64,000 nt of DNA from Bacteroidota bacterium (GTDB lineage Bacteria > Bacteroidota > Bacteroidia > NS11-12g > UBA955). Shown in pieces: positions 46,808 through 56,672 of the stretch; position 1 is the first letter of the stretch; each line of letters starts with the position of its first letter. The notes beneath the pieces were generated by a model. The model saw only the letters and a list, made by a program, of their open reading frames with translations, searched no databases and was not told the DNA's origin. Where the stretch lies: NCBI GenBank assembly GCA_030832905.1, contig JAURIG010000001.1, forward strand, positions 10,397 to 74,396. Reading direction: 5' to 3'. The translations under genes and the position numbers were made by a program.

Positions 46808-47812
46808 TCAATAAAACTTCTTAAATCCGATTATTTCTCTGACTTCTGCTATGGTTTTATCGGCACTGGCAGCAGCTTTCTCTGCACCTTGTTTGGCGAC
46901 TTTGCATAAAAGTGCATCGTCATTTAAAACCTCAGTAATTCTTGAGCGATAAGGTTCTAAAAACACATTCATATCTTGAGCTAACTGCTTTTTCATATCG
47001 CCAAAACGGATGCTACCATCGTAATAGGCAGATTCAAAAAACTGAATGGTAGAGGAATCGGTTACCAATTGCATTAAATCAAACAAGTTCTGAATGGCCT
47101 GAGGTTTTTCAGAGCCAATTTCAGAAGGGCTTTCAACAACTGCGGTTACAGCCTTCATGATTTTCTTACTGACTGTTTCTGCATCATCGCCCATGTAAAT
47201 ACTGTCCCATTCTCCTGCACTTTTGCTCATTTTACCTTGGCCAGTTAAACCTGGCACTTTAACAAGATTTTGATCATAATTAAAGGCTTGTGGTTCAGGG
47301 AAATAATCAGTTTTGTATAAATGATTAAAACGATTGCCGAAGGTTCTAGCCATTTCAAGGTGTTGTTCTTGGTCTTTACCTACTGGCACTTTTATGCCTT
47401 TATGCAATAAAATATCTGCCGCCATCAATACTGGATAGGTTAAAATACCGGCATTCACATTGTCTGGTTGGTCTCTGATCTTGTCTTTGAAAGACGTCAA
47501 TCTTTGCAACTCCCCTAAATAGGCATTCATGTTAAAAAACATGTATAATTCTGCTGTTTGAGGCAAATCACTTTGCAAATACAAAGTAGATTTATCAGGG
47601 TCTAATCCTAATGCGATATACTCCGCCAATACTCGCTTAACAGAACTATGAAGATCATTTGGTGTAGGATGAGTCGTTAAAGAATGATAATCTGCAATAA
47701 AAAAATAACAGTTAAACTCATTCTGCATGCGAATAAAATTCTTTACTGCCCCAAAATAATTACCTAAGTGAAGTTTACCTGTTGGTCTAATACCACTAAC
47801 GACTGTTTCCAT
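46808..47812 (-). CDS. trpS: Tryptophan--tRNA ligase
   Basis: HIGH-type GKLHLGNYFG and KMSKS motifs. 334 aa. Confidence 0.95.
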   Translation of the reverse strand: METVVSGIRPTGKLHLGNYFGAVKNFIRMQNEFNCYFFIADYHSLTTHPTPNDLHSSVKRVLAEYIALGLDPDKSTLYLQSDLPQTAELYMFFNMNAYLGELQRLTSFKDKIRDQPDNVNAGILTYPVLMAADILLHKGIKVPVGKDQEQHLEMARTFGNRFNHLYKTDYFPEPQAFNYDQNLVKVPGLTGQGKMSKSAGEWDSIYMGDDAETVSKKIMKAVTAVVESPSEIGSEKPQAIQNLFDLMQLVTDSSTIQFFESAYYDGSIRFGDMKKQLAQDMNVFLEPYRSRITEVLNDDALLCKVAKQGAEKAAASADKTIAEVREIIGFKKFY

Positions 47813-47910
47813 CTAGGGCAAAGGTAGTAAAATTTGACTTTATATGCCGAATACCCTACCCTTTTTTATTCTCCTCAATAGTTGTACTTTTGAATAGCTT
47901 TATTACAATT

Positions 47911-48903
47911 ATGAAAGCCGTTATTCCAGTTGCAGGCATTGGCACACGCCTTAGACCGCACACACATACTCAGCCTAAATCACTCATACCTGTGGCAGGT
48001 AAACCTATTTTGGCTCATATCGTAGACCAATTGGTAGAAGCCGGAGTGAATGAATTTATTTTCATTATTGGTTATTTGGGCGACAAAATCGAAGAATACA
48101 TTTCAAAAAACTACCCTCAAATACAAGCAGAGTTTGTAATGCAAACCACCGGCAAAGGCACCGGACACGCCATTTGGCTGGCCAAGGAAGCCATTGGCAA
48201 TTCGCCTATCTTGATAGTATTTGGCGATACGATATGTGAATTGGATTGGAAAGCCATTGTTCAATCTAAACATTCCATGTTGGGGGTAAAAAAAGTAGAT
48301 GATCCAAGACAATTCGGCGTTGCTGAATTAGATGAAGACCAACACATTTGCCGATTGGTTGAAAAACCGAGTATTCCAAAATCCAATTTAGCTTTGGTTG
48401 GCATATACAAAATCAATGAAACCGAGGTATTGATGTCGTGTTTGGATACCATTATTGAAAACAACATCAAAACTCAAAATGAGTTCCATTTGACGGATGC
48501 GCTTATGTGCATGATACAATCTGACGTTGAATTTTACAGCTTCAATGTGAGTTCATGGTTTGATTGTGGCAAAAAAGAAATTTTATTACAGACCAATCAA
48601 TTGCTGCTTAAAAGAGGTCAATTTAAGGATGTAGATCCAGAAGCGGTTCACAATTGTATAATCATTCCGCCAGTGTTTATTGACAAAGGCTGTAAAATCT
48701 CCAATAGTATTATTGGCCCTAATGTGAGCATTGGTGAAAATGTGATCATTGAGTCTTCTATTATAAAAGAGACAATCATTGGCCCTTATGCAGATTTGAA
48801 TTATGCCGTATTAACCAATTCTCTAATTGGCAACGACGCGTCTTTGCAAGGCACAGTGCAAAGTTTAAACTTAGGCGATAGTGCAGAAATTAATTTTAGA
48901 TAA
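47911..48903 (+). CDS. Sugar-phosphate nucleotidyltransferase with a C-terminal hexapeptide-repeat domain
   Basis: MKAVIPVAGIGTRLRPHT (G-x-G-T-R-L motif), with left-handed beta-helix repeats at the C-terminus. I moved the start to ATG 47911. Confidence 0.8.
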   Translation: MKAVIPVAGIGTRLRPHTHTQPKSLIPVAGKPILAHIVDQLVEAGVNEFIFIIGYLGDKIEEYISKNYPQIQAEFVMQTTGKGTGHAIWLAKEAIGNSPILIVFGDTICELDWKAIVQSKHSMLGVKKVDDPRQFGVAELDEDQHICRLVEKPSIPKSNLALVGIYKINETEVLMSCLDTIIENNIKTQNEFHLTDALMCMIQSDVEFYSFNVSSWFDCGKKEILLQTNQLLLKRGQFKDVDPEAVHNCIIIPPVFIDKGCKISNSIIGPNVSIGENVIIESSIIKETIIGPYADLNYAVLTNSLIGNDASLQGTVQSLNLGDSAEINFR

Positions 48904-49442
48904 TGTATACTCAAGAAGAAATTATAAAAGCCCATGGCCCCTATCAGGCACCGGAGCATTTTCATGCAGAATGGATTCAAAACAGCATTGAAAGAATTAC
49001 AATATTCCCAATGCAATTACAGGCCTTTATTTCGAGCATAGGCCCTGACCATGAAATGGCCCAATACAGACCAGACAGTTGGACGTTCCGCCAAATTGTG
49101 CACCACTTAGCCGATAGCCATATGCAAGCCTTTTGTAGATTCAAATTGGCTTTAACTGAAGAGCACCCTACTATCAAGCCATATAGTCAAAATGCTTGGG
49201 CAGCTTCAGCAGACAGTCAACTTGTGCCACTACAATCCAGTATTGACATTATAAAAGCCGTACACTATAGATGGGTTGCTTTGATAAATAGTATGTCTAT
49301 TGAGGATTACGCTAAAGGTTTCTTCCATCCTGAAACACAACGCGACATGAGCTTAGGCTTTGTATTAGGCCTTTATGCTTGGCATGGCACTCACCATTTG
49401 ACTCAAATGGAACGTTATGCTTTAAACCAAGGGTGGCTGTAA
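48903..49442 (+). CDS. DinB/YfiT-family metal-dependent protein
   Basis: A His triad is spread over the four-helix pattern (QIVHHLADSHMQA ... WHGTHHLTQM). 179 aa. Confidence 0.7.
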   Translation: MYTQEEIIKAHGPYQAPEHFHAEWIQNSIERITIFPMQLQAFISSIGPDHEMAQYRPDSWTFRQIVHHLADSHMQAFCRFKLALTEEHPTIKPYSQNAWAASADSQLVPLQSSIDIIKAVHYRWVALINSMSIEDYAKGFFHPETQRDMSLGFVLGLYAWHGTHHLTQMERYALNQGWL

Positions 49443-50335
49443 TGCAAGCCCATGAACCGAAATGGCTGAGCAAAGGCGTAAAAATGATGCTGATTGCCAG
49501 CGTCGCATTTGCGCTAATGAACCTAAGTGTAAAACGCATTGCTCATATCCCTGTTTTTGAAGTGATATTGGCCAGAGTCATCATTTCTTTTATCATTAGT
49601 TATGCTACAGTTAAGTACAAAGGCATCTACCCTTGGGGCAAACACAAAAAATTTCTAATTGCCCGCGGCCTATTTGGCGCCTGTGGGCTAATCGCCTATT
49701 ATTACACTTTACAGCATATGGCTTTAGCCAACGCGATTGTAATCCATTATTTAAGCCCAATCTTTACGACCATTATAGCGATGTTGTTTTTGAATGAATC
49801 CATTAAACGCATTCAATGGTTGGCTTTTGCGATATCATTTACAGGGGTTGTTATGGTTAAAGGTTTTGCTAATGTTTCTGGGTTTGATTTCATGATGGGT
49901 ATAGTCGCTGCCTTATTTACAGGATTGGCTTACAATGCTATCCGCAACATGAAAGACCAAGAGCATGCGGATGTTATTGTTCTATATCATCCACTCATAA
50001 CTTTTCCCATTGTTGTTATGTATTTTTTTCTGTTTCCTGCTGATTTGGTTTGGCCCAATGGCATAGATTGGTTGTATTTATTAGGCACAGGGATTTTTAC
50101 TCAAATCGGTCAGTATTTCATGACCAGAGCCTATCAAAATGACACCGCTGCCAGAGTATCCAGCGTGAGTTATATTGGTATTATTTGGGGCGTATTATTA
50201 GGCATTACCTGCTTCAACGACCACTATCCATTTGCTGTAATGCTTGGGATTTGTTTGGTATTACTTGGGGTATTGGTCAACTTAAATGCTGACCGTCTCA
50301 AAACATTTGCAATAGAAAAATTTCAAAAACACTAA
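49442..50335 (+). CDS. DMT-superfamily (EamA-like) transporter
   Basis: Ten hydrophobic segments with two EamA-like halves. The start is set to ATG 49442, which overlaps the previous stop as TAATG. Confidence 0.8.
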   Translation: MQAHEPKWLSKGVKMMLIASVAFALMNLSVKRIAHIPVFEVILARVIISFIISYATVKYKGIYPWGKHKKFLIARGLFGACGLIAYYYTLQHMALANAIVIHYLSPIFTTIIAMLFLNESIKRIQWLAFAISFTGVVMVKGFANVSGFDFMMGIVAALFTGLAYNAIRNMKDQEHADVIVLYHPLITFPIVVMYFFLFPADLVWPNGIDWLYLLGTGIFTQIGQYFMTRAYQNDTAARVSSVSYIGIIWGVLLGITCFNDHYPFAVMLGICLVLLGVLVNLNADRLKTFAIEKFQKH

Positions 50336-50383
50336 GCAACGAATTTAAAATTAGGCTTGTCTGAATAATAAATCAGCCTGCCT

Positions 50384-53300
50384 ATGAAAACTAAATTCTA
50401 CCTCATTGTTTATCTAGGCCTTCACATTGTAAATGGATGGGCTCAAAATCAAAATTGGATTTTTGGAAAAGGCAATTGGATTGAATTCAAAAACAACCAA
50501 TATAGTATTCACAATAACCTTTCTACAATCAATGCTTATGAAGTTTCAAGCAGTATTAGTGATAAAAATGGCCAATTGGTGATGTACTCTGATAGCAGAA
50601 ATTTATTCAATGCAAAACACCAAATAATTGAAAATGGGGGGAACTTAAGGGGTCATTTTTCAGCTACTTCAATGGCATTGGTAAATCAACCGCTACATCC
50701 ATCAATTTACTATGTATTTACTGTTGAAGCCAACTACAACAGTACTAACTTTTTATGTTATTCTGTAGTTGATATGAATTTAAACAATGGTTTAGGCAAA
50801 GTGATAAAAAAGAATATTGTATTACACAAAAGTTGTGATGAAAAAATAGCCATAACAACAGCTTGTAACTCCAATGGTTATTGGGTTGTTGCACACATTG
50901 CTCGAAGTGCCTTTTATATGGCGTACAAACTAGATCAATCAGGATTGAGCATTAACCCGGTTTTAAGTCAGATTGACAACAGTTTTTCAAGCAACATTGA
51001 ACTTGGCTATTTAAAGTTTTCACCTAATGGAGAATTTTTGGCCAATGCTAAATGCCATCAAAGAAGTGTAGACTTAAATCAGTTTGATAATAGCAATGGT
51101 AAAATCACCAGTTACGGACAATCTCGAGACCTAAATTCTATTTATGACCTAAGTTTTTATGGTCTTAGTTTTTCCCCTAATAGTCTATTACTTTATGTAA
51201 GCTCACTTGACGAAGGCGTAGTCTATCAGTATGATTTAAGAAAAGGCAAAAACAATTGGCAAATTGCGCCTTATACAGTAATTAAAACAGGCACAAGAAT
51301 TGGCGCTATCCAACTAACACCAATGCAGACCATTTGGTTTTGTAGCGATCCTGGGTCAAATTATTTACACAGCATAAATCAACCTAATCAGGCAGGTAAA
51401 AATTGTTTACTCAATCCATATGCTATAAAACTAAATAGCATCAATTATATAGGATTACCTAGTTTGATAGAAAGCACGCAGCATATTCATTCTGGAACAC
51501 ATACTGTTTTTAGCAAAAATGCTACTGTTACAATTAAACCATGTTCTAACGCAAGTCACTATGAATGGTCTGACGGATCTAAACTACCTTCAATAGTGGT
51601 CAATCAAAGTGGTTTATATACTGTTAAACTGCTAAACGCCCAATATTGTATTATTTTCATTGATAGTATTTTCGTGGAATTTACAAGTCAAATAAATCCT
51701 ATTAGCAGCAAAACAATTATCGCTTGCTCAAACACCCAATGGCAATTCCCAAAACTTAGCATTGACGATCAATCTCTAGGAATTTATTGGAAGAACTCTT
51801 CTACAGACAATGGTCTTCCTGACCAAGGTTATGGACAATTGCCTGCTTTAATTAGTCCTTCTGTTCAAGACACTCAATTCAGTCAAATATATATTTACGC
51901 ATCAAATAATATTAGAAGTGCATATGCTACTGTGATTAATTTAATCGTTTTACCAAGTCTTAAAATTGAACCCATCAATGATCAAACTATTTGTTTTGAC
52001 CAGCTGCTTCCGGCCATCTATTTTAAAAGTAATTTTAATGATGCAACATTCACCTGGGCCAATCAATCTCCTTCAATTTATATTGCTAAAAACGGCAGCG
52101 TATACATGCCTGAAAAACAGATTACCCAATTAACTATTGATGAAAACCATTTGATTATGGTAAAAGCGGATCACAAATTGTGCCCCAGCACCGAAACCAG
52201 TTTTAAAATCAGACTAATTGCGCCTATTCACATCGAGCCTGTTAAAGATGTTTCGATTTGTGGCAATGAACAACTAAAGTCTTTCGTGTTCAAGAGCAAT
52301 AAGGTTAATTACCCACTAAAATGGCAGAATACACAAACAGGATTGGGCATCGATAGCTTTGGGCTAGATAGTTTAACCCAATACCAAAGGGTTAATCCAC
52401 TCTCCAATATTGCAGGGCAAATCATGGTATTCAACACCAATAATGGTTGCCCTGGAGACAGTATATACTTCAATATTCAAATCAATAGCCTACCGGTATT
52501 AAAACCTATAGCAGATACTTTAATTTGTAGCCGACAAACATTCATTGGCATAAAGGCTGAAACAGCCTATGCCTATGATTCTATTGTTTGGCAATCAGTA
52601 AATACTTATTTGAGCCCAAACGAAAAAGGAAACAACCCATTGCCCGCTTATTATATCCCTGCTCAACAACAATTACAATTTGATCAGTATACCTTTGTCG
52701 CTTACAACAAACAATGCGTTTCAGATACTATTACAACTAGAGTATATTATCAAATAAGCCCTAAAGTATTGCCTGTAGCCCCGCCTGATATTTGTTCTGG
52801 AGATTGGCAAAAAACCATCACACTTAAATGTTCTCCTAGCCCTGCTTTAGCCCATTGGAATACACTCAATGCAGAATTAATCCAGACAAATGGCAGTTCT
52901 AGTATTCCTGCCTATCAGACTAGTAAAGCTTTTAATGAAAAAGAGCAAATATTTATTGCTAGAGCGGAATATGAAGCTTGTTTTGGCGATACTACACACA
53001 TCAAATTCAATGTTCACGCCACACCAAAAGCGCTATTTACCATAGACTATCCAAGTGCTCAAGAAGATATCATTCAATATGCAATTCAATTGAATAATCA
53101 GAGCATTGGGGCAGATTCATATGAATGGGATTTTGGAGACAATACTTATAGCCAAGGCTTGAGCCCTAATCATGTGTATGAAAAAAACACAAGTTATACC
53201 GTTCAATTGTATGTTCAAAACAGCTTTGCCTGCTCAGACACGATCACACAAAAAACAGCGCTATTCAACAACAATCAATTTTTTATACCAAATGCCTTTT

Positions 53301-53542
53301 CGCCTAATGGTGATCAATTCAATGAAACCATACAAATTCATGGCATTACAAATGAAGCTTGTAGTTTTAAAATTTTTAACCGTTGGGGTGAATTGATTTA
53401 TGAAACGCAAAACAACAGCCCTTGGGATGGCTACTACCAAAATCAAGTTTGCATGCAAGGTGTTTACATGTATATAGCAAACATACAAAGCAAGCACAAA
53501 GGCCCAATTGAGTTAAGAGGCAGCCTTACCCTATTAAAGTAA
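50384..53542 (+). CDS. Large secreted protein with Ig-like/PKD modules and a T9SS type-B C-terminal sorting domain
   Basis: Signal peptide, a PKD-like segment (YEWDFGDNTYSQGLSPNHVY) and a C-terminus FIPNAFSPNGDQFNE...FNRWGELIYE...WDG... Confidence 0.8.
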   Translation: MKTKFYLIVYLGLHIVNGWAQNQNWIFGKGNWIEFKNNQYSIHNNLSTINAYEVSSSISDKNGQLVMYSDSRNLFNAKHQIIENGGNLRGHFSATSMALVNQPLHPSIYYVFTVEANYNSTNFLCYSVVDMNLNNGLGKVIKKNIVLHKSCDEKIAITTACNSNGYWVVAHIARSAFYMAYKLDQSGLSINPVLSQIDNSFSSNIELGYLKFSPNGEFLANAKCHQRSVDLNQFDNSNGKITSYGQSRDLNSIYDLSFYGLSFSPNSLLLYVSSLDEGVVYQYDLRKGKNNWQIAPYTVIKTGTRIGAIQLTPMQTIWFCSDPGSNYLHSINQPNQAGKNCLLNPYAIKLNSINYIGLPSLIESTQHIHSGTHTVFSKNATVTIKPCSNASHYEWSDGSKLPSIVVNQSGLYTVKLLNAQYCIIFIDSIFVEFTSQINPISSKTIIACSNTQWQFPKLSIDDQSLGIYWKNSSTDNGLPDQGYGQLPALISPSVQDTQFSQIYIYASNNIRSAYATVINLIVLPSLKIEPINDQTICFDQLLPAIYFKSNFNDATFTWANQSPSIYIAKNGSVYMPEKQITQLTIDENHLIMVKADHKLCPSTETSFKIRLIAPIHIEPVKDVSICGNEQLKSFVFKSNKVNYPLKWQNTQTGLGIDSFGLDSLTQYQRVNPLSNIAGQIMVFNTNNGCPGDSIYFNIQINSLPVLKPIADTLICSRQTFIGIKAETAYAYDSIVWQSVNTYLSPNEKGNNPLPAYYIPAQQQLQFDQYTFVAYNKQCVSDTITTRVYYQISPKVLPVAPPDICSGDWQKTITLKCSPSPALAHWNTLNAELIQTNGSSSIPAYQTSKAFNEKEQIFIARAEYEACFGDTTHIKFNVHATPKALFTIDYPSAQEDIIQYAIQLNNQSIGADSYEWDFGDNTYSQGLSPNHVYEKNTSYTVQLYVQNSFACSDTITQKTALFNNNQFFIPNAFSPNGDQFNETIQIHGITNEACSFKIFNRWGELIYETQNNSPWDGYYQNQVCMQGVYMYIANIQSKHKGPIELRGSLTLLK
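51688..53030 (+). repeat. About five tandem ~90-aa Ig-like modules inside the T9SS cargo CDS (protein-level repeat)
   Basis: The pattern P-x(2-4)-[DS]-x(2)-I-C ... W ... C ... I-x-[VI]-x-x-P recurs, for example in IEPINDQTICFDQ, IEPVKDVSICGNE, LKPIADTLICSRQ and VAPPDICSGD. The boundaries are approximate. Confidence 0.5.
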
Positions 53543-55177
53543 TTAGGTTTGTAAAACCCCAACATTATAAGGTTTAACAGGGGCGTGATTGGCCATAGCA
53601 ATTCCTTCGCTGATCACCTTTCGGGTTTCAATCGGATCAATTACACCATCAACCCACAATCTTGATGCAGCATAATAAGGCGATAATTGCTTTTCGTATC
53701 TGGCAATAATGGCATCGAGTAAAGCTTTTTCTGCTTCTGGAGTAATGGTTTGACCTTTGGATTCAAGACTGGCCTTTTCAATTTGCAACAATACTTTTGC
53801 AGCTTGTTCTCCTCCCATAACCGCAATTCTTGCTGATGGCCATGCATAAATCAATCGAGGATCATACGCTTTACCACACATAGCATAATTGCCAGCGCCA
53901 TAACTATTGCCAACAATAATGGTAAACTTTGGAACAGTACTGTTACTCATGGCATTTACCATTTTTGCGCCGTCTTTAATGATACCAGCATGTTCACTTC
54001 TTGAGCCCACCATAAACCCAGTTACATCTTGCAAAAACACCAATGGAATTTTCTTTTGATTACAATTCATTATGAAACGAGCGGCTTTGTCTGCACTATC
54101 ATTGTAGATAACACCACCAAACTGCATTTCGCCTTTTTTACTCTTGCTTAAAGTTCTGTTATTGGCTACAATTCCAACAGCCCAGCCATCAATACGGGCA
54201 TAGCCACAGATAATGGTTTTGCCATAACCTTCTTTGTATTGTTCAAATGCACTTTCGTCTACCAATTGTTTGATCAAAGCCATGGTATCATAGGGCTTGG
54301 CTCTATCTTTTGGTAAAATACCATATAAATTCTTCATGTCACCTTCAGGCATCTTAGGTTCCACTCTATCAAAACCTGCAGTATCAAAATGACCAATTTT
54401 ATCCATGATGTATTTGATTCTATCTAAACAAGACTGATCATCTGGGAAACGGTCATCAATCACGCCTGAAATTTCAGATTGAGAAATGCTCCCACCAAGT
54501 GTTTCATTATCGATGTCTTCTCCAATGGCGGCTTTAACCAAATAAGACCCAGCTAAAAAGATAGAACCCGTTTTATCCACTATAAGTGCTTCATCACTCA
54601 TGATGGGCAAATAGGCGCCACCAGCAACACAACTGCCCATTACTGCGGCAATTTGAGTAATGCCCATACTGCTCATAATGGCATTGTTTCTAAAAATGCG
54701 TCCAAAATGTTCTTTATCAGGGAAAATCTCATCTTGCATTGGCAAGAATACCCCAGCAGAATCCACCAAGTAGATTATTGGCAATCGATTCTCCATGGCG
54801 ATTTCCTGGGCCCTTAAATTCTTTTTTCCTGTTATAGGAAACCAAGCTCCCGCTTTAACTGTAGCGTCATTGGCCACAATCATACACTGACGACCACTCA
54901 CATAAGCAATGCCACACACCACCCCACCACTAGGACAACCACCATATTCTGGATACATGTCTTCGCCTGCAAAAGCGCCTACCTCAACAAAGGGCGTATC
55001 TTTATCGCGCAAGTAATCTATGCGTTCTCTGGCCAACAATTTGCCTTTTTCTTTTTGCTTAGCAGCAGCTTTATCGCCTCCGCCTTTAGCTACTTTTTGG
55101 AATTTGGTTTTTAAATCAAACACCAACTGTTTGTTAAAGTCTTCGTTGATATTGAAATCCAGATCTTGCTTTGACAT
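53543..55177 (-). CDS. Acyl-CoA carboxylase carboxyltransferase (beta) subunit, methylcrotonyl-/propionyl-CoA carboxylase-like
   Basis: Two crotonase-like CT halves carrying VANDATVKAGAW and GGAYLP / GAGNYAMCG motifs. 544 aa. Confidence 0.85.
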   Translation of the reverse strand: MSKQDLDFNINEDFNKQLVFDLKTKFQKVAKGGGDKAAAKQKEKGKLLARERIDYLRDKDTPFVEVGAFAGEDMYPEYGGCPSGGVVCGIAYVSGRQCMIVANDATVKAGAWFPITGKKNLRAQEIAMENRLPIIYLVDSAGVFLPMQDEIFPDKEHFGRIFRNNAIMSSMGITQIAAVMGSCVAGGAYLPIMSDEALIVDKTGSIFLAGSYLVKAAIGEDIDNETLGGSISQSEISGVIDDRFPDDQSCLDRIKYIMDKIGHFDTAGFDRVEPKMPEGDMKNLYGILPKDRAKPYDTMALIKQLVDESAFEQYKEGYGKTIICGYARIDGWAVGIVANNRTLSKSKKGEMQFGGVIYNDSADKAARFIMNCNQKKIPLVFLQDVTGFMVGSRSEHAGIIKDGAKMVNAMSNSTVPKFTIIVGNSYGAGNYAMCGKAYDPRLIYAWPSARIAVMGGEQAAKVLLQIEKASLESKGQTITPEAEKALLDAIIARYEKQLSPYYAASRLWVDGVIDPIETRKVISEGIAMANHAPVKPYNVGVLQT

Positions 55178-55223
55178 AATGATTAAATCCTTACAAAAAT
55201 AAGGAATAATCTGTATGTCTAAC

Positions 55224-56672
55224 TCATGGTTTATGCAACAAAATAACTTCGGGTTTATGGTAAACTACTTGCCAAGAAGTATCGGTTAAAAAGGCTTTGA
55301 CCGTTGTTGGAAAATCAGATTTCGACAATGGATAAGTTATGTCTTCAGATGTTGAGACAATGATCCACCGAGCATCTTTAACAATTGGGAATTGATAAGC
55401 TTTTGATCGGTAAGCCAAATGAGGCATAAAAGCGGTCTGAGCACTTACGGCAGCAGTATCCGGTATTTTAGACAATGCTTCGTATACAGGCGCCAATTCA
55501 TACCCCCTGGTATAATGCCCTTTTTGATACAAGCGCAATCTTTGATAATCATGTAAATACACAGTATGATCCATTAAGCGAATGCTTACCAATGCATTTA
55601 AAGCAATCAATACTGACCAAGGCAATAAACGTGTGGCATATCGTTTTTTAAACTCCGCTAAAAGCATCACCAATACTGGGGCAAACTCAATGGCGTAATG
55701 ACAATCTATACTCCAAATTGCAGGATCATCATAGGCCATTTTGGAAACCAGAGGAACAATTAAAAGCAAAGCATACCTTGGCAAAAATACCAATGCCCAT
55801 GACCCTGAAAAAAGAATAAACAACCAAAACTCCAACTTAACATATTGGTTACTGATTGCATCAGTCGTATTCACAAATAAAATACGAATAAGTTCTAATG
55901 GATGACTAATACAAAACACTAAAGCCTCTGCGTAGGAATTCCCTAAAACATGGTATTTGAAGTGGTTGTATGATTGGTTAATTGAGAGTGCTGGCATGAT
56001 CCATACAATAGCCAAATAGAAATACAATAAGGATCCAACCATTAAAATTAAAGCATGTATTCGAATGGCTTTAGTTGACCAATCTGTAACTGCTATAAAA
56101 CCAGCAATTCCCACGAGCCATAATGCCACAGATTCCTTTGTAAACAACATTAAAAGGGCAATCAAATACATACTTACCCATCTTTGCTTGTACAAAAACA
56201 CCAATAGCCATGGTAATAAACAGGCTGCCAGTACATTGCTGTGATACACAAAAGACAAGGCTGAATACACCCCAAAAAATAGATAAAACGCCAACATCAC
56301 TTGACATTGCCAGTCTGACTTATTAAGTTTAATGCTAACCCATTGAGCCAAACCAAAACCGCCCAATAGTATACTCGCTACTTGAACCAATAACAAAGTG
56401 TATTGACCAAACAGATAAGACAAGGGCGAAACGAGCATCAAAGACAAATCAAGGTGGTCAGACAATAAGTTCTGAGCTTCCAATTTAAAACTAGTCGCAT
56501 CATTGAATTGCCAATGAGCATAATCATATAGGGCATTGGTATAAATACCTAAGTCTAACGCATAGGTTCTAAAGCAATAATGATTGACCAATACAATCAT
56601 TAAGTAAAACACAGCAAATACCGCTGATATAACCCAAAGTTGTTTTTTGGGCATTGAGTTCATCAGAACCAA
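55224..56672 (-). CDS. DUF2079-like polytopic membrane protein (putative glycosyltransferase-C-type fold)
   Basis: N-terminal FRTYALDLGIYTNALYDY and LSDHLDLSLMLVSP resemble DUF2079. It has many TM segments and a C-terminal soluble domain. Confidence 0.55.
   Translation of the reverse strand: MVLMNSMPKKQLWVISAVFAVFYLMIVLVNHYCFRTYALDLGIYTNALYDYAHWQFNDATSFKLEAQNLLSDHLDLSLMLVSPLSYLFGQYTLLLVQVASILLGGFGLAQWVSIKLNKSDWQCQVMLAFYLFFGVYSALSFVYHSNVLAACLLPWLLVFLYKQRWVSMYLIALLMLFTKESVALWLVGIAGFIAVTDWSTKAIRIHALILMVGSLLYFYLAIVWIMPALSINQSYNHFKYHVLGNSYAEALVFCISHPLELIRILFVNTTDAISNQYVKLEFWLFILFSGSWALVFLPRYALLLIVPLVSKMAYDDPAIWSIDCHYAIEFAPVLVMLLAEFKKRYATRLLPWSVLIALNALVSIRLMDHTVYLHDYQRLRLYQKGHYTRGYELAPVYEALSKIPDTAAVSAQTAFMPHLAYRSKAYQFPIVKDARWIIVSTSEDITYPLSKSDFPTTVKAFLTDTSWQVVYHKPEVILLHKP

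Noticed and set aside
55178-55223. Short hairpins in small spacers (TCCTTA-N6-TAAGGA at about 55189-55206; CAACAT-N10-ATGTTG at about 45469-45490), considered as terminators
   Set aside because: The stems are 6 bp and AU-rich, with no convincing downstream T tract on the relevant strand. They are too weak to call.
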